Shown here: positions 9,799 to 19,013 of the stretch, one piece after another
Layout of the letters: the number at the start of each line of letters is the position of its first letter
Numbering within the stretch: position 1 is the first letter of the stretch
Assembly: GCA_043773025.1 (NCBI GenBank)
Contig: JAYVFP010000261.1
Span: forward strand, 1-64,000
Length of the DNA stretch: 64,000 bases
Source of the DNA: Archangium sp.
GTDB lineage: Bacteria; Myxococcota; Myxococcia; Myxococcales; Myxococcaceae
Reading direction: 5' to 3'
The notes under the pieces: generated by a model
What the model was told of the DNA's origin: nothing
Database searches by the model: none
What the model saw: only the letters and a program-made list of their open reading frames with translations
Made by a program: the position numbers and the translations under genes

Positions 9799-11898
9799 TT
9801 ACTTCTTCTCTTTGCCGGCGAACTTCGCGAGCAGCGCAGCAGCCGCCAGGTTCTGAGCGTCAGCCGTGATGCCGGGCTTCGAGAGCACGTCCTTGATGTC
9901 TTGCGGCAGCTCGCGCTCACCGGTGAGGTAGGGCTTGAGCAGGGTCTTCATGGTGTCGGTGCTGGTCGCGGTCGCTTCCACGGCGTGAGAGAGCGTGACG
10001 GCCTTGACGAACTGGTCGAAGAACTGACCGTCGCCGCCCACGATGTTGATCTTCGCGTTGGCGAGCGCCGCCGACATGGTCTGCGCCTGGCTGGCCGCGA
10101 TGTCCTTGCGCACGTGCAGCGTCTCGAGCTCGATCTGCTTGTCCTTCTCGAGCCGCAGGCGGAACTCTTCGTGGTCCTTGGTGGCGCCCTGGAGCTGAGC
10201 CATCGACTTCGCCTTCTCCGAGAGGCCCTTCGCTTCGGCGAGCAGCTTTTCCTGAATACCGAGCGCTTCGGCCATCACCTTCGAGCGGGTCGCCTCGCCT
10301 TCGGCAGCGCCCTGCTTCTGCGTGGCTTCGGCCTGCGCCTCGAGCACCTTGGCGGCAGACAGCCCCTTCTGCAGATCGCCTTCGGCTTCGGCCAGCATCC
10401 TCAAGCGCAGCACGTTGGCCGCGGCCTGGCCCTGCTTCTCGGTCGCGACGGCATCGGCTTCACGCACGCGTACCTGGGCAAGCCCCTGCTTCTCCTGCGC
10501 CAGCGCGGTCGCTTCGAGCACGCGGGCCTCAGCGAGGCCTTCCGCTGCCGACTCCGCCTGCGTGCCTTCCGCCATGCGGATCTTCGCGCGGGCTTCCTTG
10601 TCGGCCGACTCGAGCGCCGCGTCGGCGACGATCAGCCGCTGACGGGCTTCATGTTTGGCCACTTCTTCGGAGGCCTCAGCCGCCTTCACGCGTTCGATCG
10701 ACAGGCCCTGCGCGAGCGCCTCGGCGTCGATGATCGCAGCGTCTTTCTTGCGCTGCGACTCGGCGACCATGCGCAACTGCTTGATGCTCTCTTCTTCGGT
10801 GGCGACCTTCTTGTCGACCGCGATGCGGGTCGAGATGACGTCGGCGATCGCCTTGCGCTCGATCTCAAGCGCCTTCTCCTTGCTGATGCGCATCAGCTCG
10901 ACTTCGCGTTCACGAGAGATGGCCTCGAGCGCACGATCCTTCGCCACGCGCTCGGTCTCGATGCCCACCACGCGCTCGCGGTTCTTCTCGGCGACCTGTA
11001 CCTGGCGCTGCTTGTTCTGCTCGTTGATCTGCAGCTCTTCTTCTGAGCGCACGCGGGACAGCTCGGCCTTCAGGTGCTCTTCTTGCTGCACGCGCTGGGT
11101 CTCGGCCTGCTCGCGCGCCTGAATGGTGTCGATCTCGCGCTTCTGCTTGGCCTGCGCTTCGGCGCGCTGACGCTCGAGCGCGAAGACGGCTTCGTCGGCC
11201 TCGACGTTCTGCTTCATCATCTTCTTCCGCTCGTCCTGCCGAAAGTCGTTGGTGAGCACGTTCTGAATGGTGGTCAGTTCGGTGATCTTCCGAATGCCCT
11301 GCGCGTCGAGAATGTTCTCGCGATCGAGCATCTCGATCGGCGTCTGCTCGAGGAAGTCGATGGCGACGTCTTCGAGCATGTAGCCGTTGAGATCCTTACC
11401 GACGACCGAGACGATCTGGTCCTTGAAGACCTCACGCTCCTTGTAGAGGTCTTCGAAGTTGAGCCGCTTGCCGACGGTCTTGAGCCCTTCTGAGAACTTG
11501 GCCTCGAAGAGCTCCTGCAGCGTGGCGAGATCAGAGGCGCGCACGCAGCCGACGGCGCCGGCCACCTTGAGCACGTCTTCGACGGTCTTGTTCACGCGCA
11601 CGAAGAAGCTGACCTTGATGTCCGCGCGGATGTTGTCGGCGCAGATGAGGCCCTGCTTGCCGTGGCGGTGGATCTCGATGGTCTTCAGCGAGATGTCCAT
11701 CACCTCGGAGCGGTTGATGATCGGGATCACCACGGCTCCGGTGAACGACACCTTGGGCTCGGCCTTCATGGTGTTGACGATCAACACCTGGCCTTGCGCG
11801 ACCTGCTTGTAGAAGCGCGCCAGCACGAAGCCGAAGGCGAGGACGAACAGAAGCCCGATGCCGATGACCGAGGCGATGAGAATTAGGGTTGCTTCCAT
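9799..11898 (-). CDS. flotillin-like SPFH/band-7 protein (YqiK family)
   Basis: 699 aa. N-terminal TM helix, then SPFH domain (..VIPIINRSEVMDISLKTIE..), then a long EA/Q-rich coiled-coil tail typical of flotillins. Strong SD (AGGGGGAAG) before the ATG. Confidence 0.85.
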   Translation of the reverse strand: MEATLILIASVIGIGLLFVLAFGFVLARFYKQVAQGQVLIVNTMKAEPKVSFTGAVVIPIINRSEVMDISLKTIEIHRHGKQGLICADNIRADIKVSFFVRVNKTVEDVLKVAGAVGCVRASDLATLQELFEAKFSEGLKTVGKRLNFEDLYKEREVFKDQIVSVVGKDLNGYMLEDVAIDFLEQTPIEMLDRENILDAQGIRKITELTTIQNVLTNDFRQDERKKMMKQNVEADEAVFALERQRAEAQAKQKREIDTIQAREQAETQRVQQEEHLKAELSRVRSEEELQINEQNKQRQVQVAEKNRERVVGIETERVAKDRALEAISREREVELMRISKEKALEIERKAIADVISTRIAVDKKVATEEESIKQLRMVAESQRKKDAAIIDAEALAQGLSIERVKAAEASEEVAKHEARQRLIVADAALESADKEARAKIRMAEGTQAESAAEGLAEARVLEATALAQEKQGLAQVRVREADAVATEKQGQAAANVLRLRMLAEAEGDLQKGLSAAKVLEAQAEATQKQGAAEGEATRSKVMAEALGIQEKLLAEAKGLSEKAKSMAQLQGATKDHEEFRLRLEKDKQIELETLHVRKDIAASQAQTMSAALANAKINIVGGDGQFFDQFVKAVTLSHAVEATATSTDTMKTLLKPYLTGERELPQDIKDVLSKPGITADAQNLAAAALLAKFAGKEKK

Positions 11899-11940
11899 GA
11901 TGGTACTTCCCCCTGATGGGTGACTTCGTGGGACGACGGC

Positions 11941-12693
11941 TCAGCGCCGCCGGACCCGACCGGAGATGATCTGCGCCGCCCGGGTCGGGTCGTTCAGCGC
12001 TTCGATTTCTTGAGGCATCAGCCAGTCAATCGGCTCGATTTCGTAGGTGTCCTGGGCCGAGTCGAAGTCGACCAGGATCGCGCGGTCGCCCTTCTTGAGC
12101 GTGTTCGCCTTGGGGCAGATCACGTGCACGTTGAGCCCGGCTGCTCCGTCGTCGACCTGCGCGGTGCCGAAGGTGGCATCCACCCGGCCTGAGGTGATGG
12201 TGCAGATCTGCCCAAGCGAATCACGCCTCCGCGCGGGCCGGCTCTGATCGAGCGCCTTGCCCAACGGCCGCAGCAACACCGCGGCGCCCAGCAGGCCGCC
12301 CACCAGCGAGATCAACAGCAGCGCCGATTGAAAGAGGACGTTCGCCGGCGCGAGAAGGAGCGTGCCGAGGGTGCTCACCGCCCAGGCGGAGAGCGCGATG
12401 ACGCTCAAGGTGATGGTGATGGGGACCTTGCCCAGACCCAGTGTGGCCAGGACACCCGCTTCCGCGCGGTCGCCCAGGTCTGCGTCGTGATCGCCGGCCA
12501 CCGCCTCGACCGTGCCCTTGATTGCGCCCGTGGTCGCGTCGCCGATTGCCTTCACGCCGCCCGTCACCGCGTCACCACCATGAAAGGCGGCGCCCGTCAC
12601 CAGCGCGAAGATCCAATACCCCACCACGACGCCCAACAGCACGGTCAGCGGCACCGTGGGGAAGCTCGTGATGGCCTGAAGGAACGGGTCCAT
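11941..12693 (-). CDS. NfeD-like membrane protein (YqiJ family; TM region plus C-terminal OB fold)
   Basis: Hydrophobic N-terminal half. C-terminal GQICTITSGRVDATFGTAQVDDGAAGLNVHVICPKANTLKKGDRAILVDFD is an NfeD/YqiJ OB-fold. It sits 42 nt upstream of the flotillin gene. Start chosen at the internal ATG (MDPFLQAI..); the ORF track extends to 12891. Confidence 0.65.
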   Translation of the reverse strand: MDPFLQAITSFPTVPLTVLLGVVVGYWIFALVTGAAFHGGDAVTGGVKAIGDATTGAIKGTVEAVAGDHDADLGDRAEAGVLATLGLGKVPITITLSVIALSAWAVSTLGTLLLAPANVLFQSALLLISLVGGLLGAAVLLRPLGKALDQSRPARRRDSLGQICTITSGRVDATFGTAQVDDGAAGLNVHVICPKANTLKKGDRAILVDFDSAQDTYEIEPIDWLMPQEIEALNDPTRAAQIISGRVRRR

Positions 12694-12861
12694 GAAGTGG
12701 CGCGGACTCGACCAGTCGCGGGCCCAAACATCAACCTGTTCCGACTGCCGATTTCCCCCCGAAAGTTCCGCATTTTCTCGACGGAGCACGACAGGCATGA
12801 GGCGTTTTGGCGCTCGCCTGAAACCCACTGTCCATTCTTCTGGGTGGCCATCCATCCAGAG

Positions 12862-12958
12862 TGGAGTCGAGGGATTGACTCTCCGTCGCACTGCAAGTGC
12901 CCCCTCGACTGGGCTCGGGGAGACCGGTGTGGAAGCCGATTCCTATTTCCGCCAAGGT
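12862..12958 (+). repeat. dispersed repeat copy (S-like plus one T module)
   Basis: GGAGTCGAGGGATTGAC...AGTGCCCCCTCGACTGGGCTCGGGGAGACCGGTGTGGAAGCCGATTCCTATTTCCGCCAAGG. Same orientation as the 4129-4355 copy. It abuts the stop codon of the DUF309 gene. Confidence 0.8.
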
Positions 12959-13536
12959 TACTGAGCGTCGTCGCGGCTCAACGAAACGCTCAGGTGATTG
13001 CCGTCACGGTGCACCTGCACCTCCCAGGGCCGGCAGCACACCGGGCAGTCTTCGATGTAGTGCGCGTCTTCGGCCTCTTCCGGGGCCACGCTGACCATCA
13101 CCGGCTCTCCGCAGTACGGGCAGCGCGCTTCGTGATCGAAACTTTCACCCGCGGTCAGCGAGCCGTTCTCGGGCCACAGCGGCCGGGCCTCGTCACGCCA
13201 GGGCCCCTGCGCGTGCTCGAGGCTGGTGACCAACCGTTCACGCAGGCCATCGACGTCGATGCCGTCGAACGCGTCACCGACTTCCCCCAACCGCTCCAGC
13301 GCGCGCAGCAGCAGCCGGTTCGCGCCCAGTTCCTTGCCTTGCGTGTGGTGATGAAGCGCCGCCGACCAGAGCACCAACACCTGCAGCACCCGCTTCTCCG
13401 GGCCGCGCGTCTGGCGCCAGCCAGATTCCCACGCTTCGTGGGCAGCGAAGAACTCGCCTGCTTCGAAACGCTTCCGGCCCTCGTCGAGCGAGGCAATAAA
13501 GGTCGGTGAAGCCATGGCGAGGAGTAACGCGGTCAA
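12958..13536 (-). CDS. DUF309-like N-terminal domain fused to CPxCG zinc-ribbon domain (hypothetical)
   Basis: 192 aa. N-terminal FEAGEFFAAHEAWE...W is the DUF309 signature. C-terminal CPYCGEP...CPVCCRPWE resembles the Cys-rich CPxCG family. Confidence 0.55.
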   Translation of the reverse strand: MTALLLAMASPTFIASLDEGRKRFEAGEFFAAHEAWESGWRQTRGPEKRVLQVLVLWSAALHHHTQGKELGANRLLLRALERLGEVGDAFDGIDVDGLRERLVTSLEHAQGPWRDEARPLWPENGSLTAGESFDHEARCPYCGEPVMVSVAPEEAEDAHYIEDCPVCCRPWEVQVHRDGNHLSVSLSRDDAQ

Positions 13537-13545
13537 CCCCCAGAA

Positions 13546-14418
13546 TCAGCGTGCTCGCAGACCTAAGATCTGCCGGGCCTCATCGGGGGTGGCCACTACC
13601 CGGCCCGACTCCACCGCGATTCTCGCCATGGCCTCGATGAGCTGGCCGTTGCTCGACGCCTTGGTTCCGTCGGGCAAGTAGAAGGTGTCTTCGAGGCCGG
13701 TGCGCAGGTCGCCACCCAGCTCGGCGCAGCGGCGGTGCAGCGCCCAGACCTCCTGACGGCCGATGCCGATCACCTGCCAGTGCGTACCGGGCAGCATCTC
13801 TTCGAGCAACAACGGCAGCCACTGCGGCTTGTTGGGCATGCCCGACTCGACGCCCATCACCAGCGAGACATGCGGTGGGTTGGGCACCATGCCGCGCTTG
13901 GCGAACATCGCCACGCTGCGCAGGATGCCGGTGTCGAAGCACTCGCACTCGGGCACGACGCCGTACTCTTTCATCGCCTTCGCGAACGCCTCAATCTTCG
14001 AGACCTGGTTGTCGAACAGCAGCGGCGACCACGCCCACTCGTTGTTCGATCTCAACTTCAAATAGTTCAGCGAGCCCGCGTTGAGCGCGGCCATCTCGGG
14101 CCTCACCGCTTCGAGACACGAGAGCGGCGCGCTGATGTCGTCGCCCATCACGCCCGTCGAGAGGTTCAGCAGAATGTCGGGCACCTCGGCGCGAATGGCG
14201 TCGCAGATGTTCCTCGCGACCTTCGGATCCCACGAAGGCATGCGGCCGTTCCCCGGCTCCTGATCGCGGAAGTGAACGTGCACGATCGACGCGCCGGCAT
14301 CACGCGCGCGACGGGCCTCTTGGGCCATCTGCTCTGGAGTGACCGGAACGTGGTGCTGCTCGGGATCGGTGAGAACGCCGGTCAACGCACAGGTGATGAC
14401 TGCCTTCTTCGTAGCCAT
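13546..14418 (-). CDS. 3-keto-5-aminohexanoate cleavage enzyme family (BKACE/DUF849)
   Basis: KKAVITCALTG...HVHFRD...NLSTG...ECFDTG blocks characteristic of Kce-like TIM-barrel enzymes. Start taken at the internal ATG (MATKKAV). Confidence 0.6.
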   Translation of the reverse strand: MATKKAVITCALTGVLTDPEQHHVPVTPEQMAQEARRARDAGASIVHVHFRDQEPGNGRMPSWDPKVARNICDAIRAEVPDILLNLSTGVMGDDISAPLSCLEAVRPEMAALNAGSLNYLKLRSNNEWAWSPLLFDNQVSKIEAFAKAMKEYGVVPECECFDTGILRSVAMFAKRGMVPNPPHVSLVMGVESGMPNKPQWLPLLLEEMLPGTHWQVIGIGRQEVWALHRRCAELGGDLRTGLEDTFYLPDGTKASSNGQLIEAMARIAVESGRVVATPDEARQILGLRAR

Positions 14419-14486
14419 GGGGAAGACCTCTGCTGGTGACGATATTGATTCCTGAGTCAACGCGCACGCCTGTTAGAGAACCGCTG

Positions 14487-15812
14487 ATGGATCTGTTCGA
14501 TCGTGCCGCCAGTGTCGAGGCCGAGGCGAGGGCGCCGTTGGCCGAGCGCATGCGCCCCCGCACGCTGGAAGAGTACGTCGGGCAGGAGCACCTCACGGGC
14601 ACGGGCCGACTGTTGCGCAAGGCGATCGAGCTCGATCAGGTGCCCTCGATGATCTTCTGGGGCCCCCCCGGAACCGGGAAGACCACGCTCGCGCGCATCA
14701 TCGCGAAGGCGACGGGCGCCCACTTCGAGGCCGTCTCGGCGGTGCTCAGCGGCGTGAAAGATCTGCGCGAGGCAGTGGCGGCGGCGGAAGAGCGGTGGAA
14801 GATGAACCGCAAGCGCAGCATCTTGTTCGTCGACGAGATCCACCGCTTCAACAAGGCGCAACAAGACGCGCTGCTGCCCCACGTCGAGAAGGGCACGCTC
14901 ACCCTGCTCGGCGCGACCACGGAGAACCCCTCGTTCGAGGTGAACGCAGCGCTGCTCTCGCGCATGAGGGTGCTCACGTTGCGGGGGCTCGAAGAAGACG
15001 AGCTGCGCGAGCTGCTCAAACGCGCCGTGGCCGATCCGCGTGGGCTCGATGGCAAGGTGACCATCGACGACGACGCGCTCGCGTTTCTGGCGATGATCGC
15101 CGCGGGTGACGCGCGCAAGGCGCTCACGGCGCTCGAGGTGGCGGCCAAGTACGGCGGCACGCACGTCGATCGCCACGGAGCAGAAGAGGCGGTGCAACAG
15201 CGCACCCTGCTCTACGACAAGGGCGGCGAGGAGCACTACAACGTCATCTCTGCCTTCATCAAATCGATGCGCGGGTCAGACCCCGATGGGGCGGTGTACT
15301 GGCTCGCCCGGATGATCGAGGCCGGCGAAGATCCCCGGTTCATCGTGCGGCGCATGGTGATCTTCGCGAGCGAAGACGTGGGCAACGCAGATCCCCAGGC
15401 GCTCGGGGTCGCCACCAGCGCGCTTCAGGCGGTCGAGCTGATGGGTTTCCCCGAGGGCACGTTGCCGCTCACGCAGGCCGTCACGTACCTCGCGATGGCG
15501 CCCAAATCGAACACCGCGCTGACCACGTACGCGAAGGCGCGCGAGGCGATTGAGAAACACGGGCCGCTGCCGGTGCCGATGCACTTGAGGAACGCACCTT
15601 CGAAGTTGATGAAGTCACTCGGGTACGGCGGCGGGTATCAGTACCCGCACGACTTCGAGGGCCACTTCGTGGTCGAGAGCTACCTGCCGGAAGGCTTGAG
15701 GAACGAAAAGTTCTACGAGCCGAGCAACAACGGCTTCGAAGTCAGGCACCGCAAACGCATCGACGAGATCCGAGCCAACCGAGCCCCGAAGGAACCAGGC
15801 GAAGACGGTTGA
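14487..15812 (+). CDS. rarA: replication-associated recombination protein A (RarA/MgsA AAA+ ATPase)
   Basis: RPRTLEEYVGQEHL...FWGPPGTGKTTLARIIA...FVDEIHRFNKAQQDALLPHVE plus the C-terminal MgsA helical domains. Full-length collinear match to the family. Confidence 0.85.
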   Translation: MDLFDRAASVEAEARAPLAERMRPRTLEEYVGQEHLTGTGRLLRKAIELDQVPSMIFWGPPGTGKTTLARIIAKATGAHFEAVSAVLSGVKDLREAVAAAEERWKMNRKRSILFVDEIHRFNKAQQDALLPHVEKGTLTLLGATTENPSFEVNAALLSRMRVLTLRGLEEDELRELLKRAVADPRGLDGKVTIDDDALAFLAMIAAGDARKALTALEVAAKYGGTHVDRHGAEEAVQQRTLLYDKGGEEHYNVISAFIKSMRGSDPDGAVYWLARMIEAGEDPRFIVRRMVIFASEDVGNADPQALGVATSALQAVELMGFPEGTLPLTQAVTYLAMAPKSNTALTTYAKAREAIEKHGPLPVPMHLRNAPSKLMKSLGYGGGYQYPHDFEGHFVVESYLPEGLRNEKFYEPSNNGFEVRHRKRIDEIRANRAPKEPGEDG

Positions 15813-15824
15813 CGAGGGCCAGTG

Positions 15825-17300
15825 CTACCCAGCCGCCTCATCAAACTCCGCGCCCTCGTCATCGTTCTCGCCGGGCTTCATCGTTCTTCCGCCGACCTCG
15901 TACTGCTTGAGCAGCCGCCGGAAGTTCGAACGATCCACACCCGCCGCGCGAGCCGCCATCGAGACGTTGTTGCTCGACCTGTCGAGCAGCGCCGACAGAT
16001 ACCGCCGCTCGAACGCCCGCATCGCAAGCTTCTTGGCCTGCGCGTACGGCAGGTGCGCCAGGCTAAACACCTCGATGTCCCCGCCCCCACGCTGGTTGTT
16101 GCGGATCTCCGCCGGCAGGTCCTCGACCTCCACCGCGTCGGTCGCGCACAACACCACCGCGCGTTCCAGACAGTTCTCGAGCTCACGCACGTTGCCGACC
16201 CAGCGGGCCGTGGTGAGCGCTTCCATCGCGCCCGGTGAAATCGAGGTGACCTTCTTCCCGACCTTTGCCGCGTAGATCTTCAAGAAGTGGTGAGCGAGCA
16301 GCGGCACGTCGTCCGGCCGGTCGCGCAGCGGCGGCAACTGCACGGTGATCACGTTGAGGCGGTAGAACAAATCTTCACGGAACTTCCCGGTCTCTTTGGC
16401 CTTGGCGAGATCGACGTTGGTGGCCGCGATCACCCGAACGTCGACCTTCAGGGTGTCGTTCGCACCGACCCGCTTCACTTCGCCCTCTTGCAGCACGCGC
16501 AACAGCCGCACCTGGGTGGCCGCGGGAATGTCGCCAATCTCGTCGAGGAAGATGGTGCCACCGTCGGCCGCTTCGAACAGCCCCTTCTTGTTCGTGGTCG
16601 CGCCGGTGAAGCTGCCCTTCATGTGACCGAAGAGCTCGCTTTCCAGCAGCGTGTCGGTCAGCGCCGAACAGTTCACCGCCACGAAGGGCTTGTCCTTGCG
16701 CGGGCTGCGAAAGTGAATCGCGCGCGCCACCAGTTCCTTACCGGTGCCGCTCTCGCCCTGAATCAAGACCGTCGCGGTCGAGTAGCTCACCGTGTCGACC
16801 AGCTTGAAGACCGAGCGCATCTGGCTCGATTGGCCGACGAGCTCCTCGAACTGGCTGCGAGCAGACAGCGCCTGCTCGAGCACCTTGGTGCGATCGCGCA
16901 GCGCTTTCTTTTCGGCCGCGCGGCCCACGGCGAGCGTGAGCACGTCGATGTTCTCGAAGGGCTTGGTCAAATAGTCGTACGCCCCGCCCTTCACCGCTTC
17001 GACGGCCGTCTCCACCGTGGCGTAGGCGGTCATCATGATCACCTCGACGTCAGGCCGGCTCTGCTTGAAGGCCTTGAGCAGATCCATGCCCGAGAGGTTC
17101 GGCATCTTGATGTCGAGGCAGGCGACGTCGATGGTCGGATCCTTCGAGGCAGACAGCCCTTCCACCGCGTCGTCGATGGCGACGACCTGGTAACCCTCGC
17201 GCGACAGGATCTCGGTCGCGGCCCGGAGCACGATCTTGTCGTCGTCGACGACCAGGACCTTGGCCTTGCGAGTCTGCTGCGTCGGAATGGCGCTGTTCAT
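15825..17300 (-). CDS. sigma-54-dependent response regulator (NtrC family: REC, AAA+, Fis-type HTH)
   Basis: REC domain (VLVVDDD..D..MP). Sigma54 activator motifs GESGTGKE and GAFTGA-like 'GSFTGA'. ESELFGH. C-terminal HTH. Confidence 0.85.
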   Translation of the reverse strand: MNSAIPTQQTRKAKVLVVDDDKIVLRAATEILSREGYQVVAIDDAVEGLSASKDPTIDVACLDIKMPNLSGMDLLKAFKQSRPDVEVIMMTAYATVETAVEAVKGGAYDYLTKPFENIDVLTLAVGRAAEKKALRDRTKVLEQALSARSQFEELVGQSSQMRSVFKLVDTVSYSTATVLIQGESGTGKELVARAIHFRSPRKDKPFVAVNCSALTDTLLESELFGHMKGSFTGATTNKKGLFEAADGGTIFLDEIGDIPAATQVRLLRVLQEGEVKRVGANDTLKVDVRVIAATNVDLAKAKETGKFREDLFYRLNVITVQLPPLRDRPDDVPLLAHHFLKIYAAKVGKKVTSISPGAMEALTTARWVGNVRELENCLERAVVLCATDAVEVEDLPAEIRNNQRGGGDIEVFSLAHLPYAQAKKLAMRAFERRYLSALLDRSSNNVSMAARAAGVDRSNFRRLLKQYEVGGRTMKPGENDDEGAEFDEAAG

Positions 17301-18859
17301 GAGTTTCCTTGCCCGTTCTGAACGGGAATCTGAACTTCGAAGACGCTGCCGACGTCGAGGACCGACTTCACCTCGAAGTGGCCGCCGTGGTCTTCGACGA
17401 TTCGATACGCGATCGACAACCCCAGCCCCGTGCCTTCGCCCGGCGGCTTGGTGGTGAAGTGCGGCTCGAAGATGCGGGTGAGGTTCTCGGTGGGAATGCC
17501 CGAACCCGTGTCGGTGACCCGGAAGAAGCTGACCCCTTCTTTCGTCAGGCCCGTCTCCACCGTCAGCGTGCCCTCGAAGTCTTTGAACGCCTGCAGGCCG
17601 TTGTGGAGCAGGTTGAGCACCACCTGGCCCAGCTGCGACGGGTCACCGTAGACGTCGAGCAGGTGGGTGCTCATCTTCAAGTCCAGCTTCGCGCGGGGGT
17701 ACTTCTTGATCTGCGCGCGGAACAACATGGCGGCGTCTTCCACGCACTTGCTCAAGTCGAACGCGCGGCGATCCTCGACCTTCGAGCGGCGGCTGAACTT
17801 GAGCAGGCTCTCCACGATGCGCTTGCATCGCATCGCGCTCTCTTCGATCAGATCGAGCGCCTCGAGATCTTGCGGCGTGCGGCCCGCATCGCGCTTCATC
17901 AACTGCGAGAAGGCGAGGATGCCGCCCAGCGGGTTGTTGATCTCGTGCGCCACGCCGCCGGCCAGGTTGCCGATGGCGATCATCTTCTCGCTCTCGATCA
18001 TCCTCTTGGTGAGCGCGCGTTCGTCGGTGACGTCGCGGTAGTGGCAGACCGCGATGGGCTCGTCGTCCATCGGGTAGACGTGCGCCACGTAGGTCCTGGG
18101 GCCGTGCGCTATCTCCGACGAAGCAGGTGCCTTGAGGCCCGGGCCCACCGCGCAACCCGTGCACGGGGTCTCGCGGTTGAAGAGATACTCATGGCACTTG
18201 AGCCCCTTGCTGAGCTCATGCAAGTCGCGATTCGAGACCTTCGCCGATGCACGGTTCGCGCGGCGGATCACCAAATCATCGAGGCTCACCACGGCCAATG
18301 GGTTGTCGATGGTGTCGAACGAGTGCTCCCATTCGCGCTTGGCGCGCGAGAGCATCAGCGTGCGTTGCTGCACCCGCTGCTCGAGGTCGGCGTTGAGCTG
18401 GCGAAGGTCGGTGTTCTGCTGGTGGGTGAGCTCAGCCAGGCGCTCGTTGTCGCTGACCAAACAGTGCTGCTCGAAGGCGCTCTTCACCGTCAGCAGCAGC
18501 TGCGCGTCGTTCCACGGCTTGCTGATGAAGCGGAACACCTCGGACCGGTTGATCGCCTCTTCGATGGCCAGCTGGTCTGCCTGGCCGGTGAGCATGATGC
18601 GCTGCGCATGCGGCAGTAAATCTTTGACGCGCGCGAGGAAGTCGACGCCGTTCATGCCCGGCATTCGAAAGTCGCTGATCACCACGCCGGGCTTGAAGCG
18701 ATCGAACAGTTGGAGCGCCGACTCGGCATCCGGTGCCGTTTCGATCTCCCACTCACCTCGGCGCAGCACCCGGCGCAGCGAACGGAGGATGTTCTCCTCG
18801 TCGTCCACCAGGAGCAGTTTCCCGGGCGTCGAATGCTCGGCGTTGAGGTTGGCAGCCAT
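17297..18859 (-). CDS. hybrid sensor histidine kinase (REC, HisKA, HATPase_c)
   Basis: N-terminal receiver (LLLVDDEENILRSL..D..MPGMNG). H-box AHEINNPLGGI. G-boxes TGSGIP...GTGLGLSI. Start taken at the internal ATG (MAANLN). Its 5' end overlaps the NtrC-like gene by 4 nt. Confidence 0.8.
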   Translation of the reverse strand: MAANLNAEHSTPGKLLLVDDEENILRSLRRVLRRGEWEIETAPDAESALQLFDRFKPGVVISDFRMPGMNGVDFLARVKDLLPHAQRIMLTGQADQLAIEEAINRSEVFRFISKPWNDAQLLLTVKSAFEQHCLVSDNERLAELTHQQNTDLRQLNADLEQRVQQRTLMLSRAKREWEHSFDTIDNPLAVVSLDDLVIRRANRASAKVSNRDLHELSKGLKCHEYLFNRETPCTGCAVGPGLKAPASSEIAHGPRTYVAHVYPMDDEPIAVCHYRDVTDERALTKRMIESEKMIAIGNLAGGVAHEINNPLGGILAFSQLMKRDAGRTPQDLEALDLIEESAMRCKRIVESLLKFSRRSKVEDRRAFDLSKCVEDAAMLFRAQIKKYPRAKLDLKMSTHLLDVYGDPSQLGQVVLNLLHNGLQAFKDFEGTLTVETGLTKEGVSFFRVTDTGSGIPTENLTRIFEPHFTTKPPGEGTGLGLSIAYRIVEDHGGHFEVKSVLDVGSVFEVQIPVQNGQGNS

Positions 18860-19013
18860 GTCCACGGTCAGAGTGCTCAGCAAGTGCACTGCCAACCCAT
18901 GAGTCGGAGCAACCGCTTGATGCGAGGAGAATTTCCGGGAAAGGGAGAAGGAGGCACCGGTGTCAGCAGTAACCCACTGGGTGGTTATCGGGGTCAAGCC
19001 GACCCAGGCAGGC

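Noticed and set aside
16287-18619. Plus-strand ORFs of 344 and 436 aa
   Set aside because: They are antisense to the NtrC-like and histidine kinase genes, which have complete motif sets.
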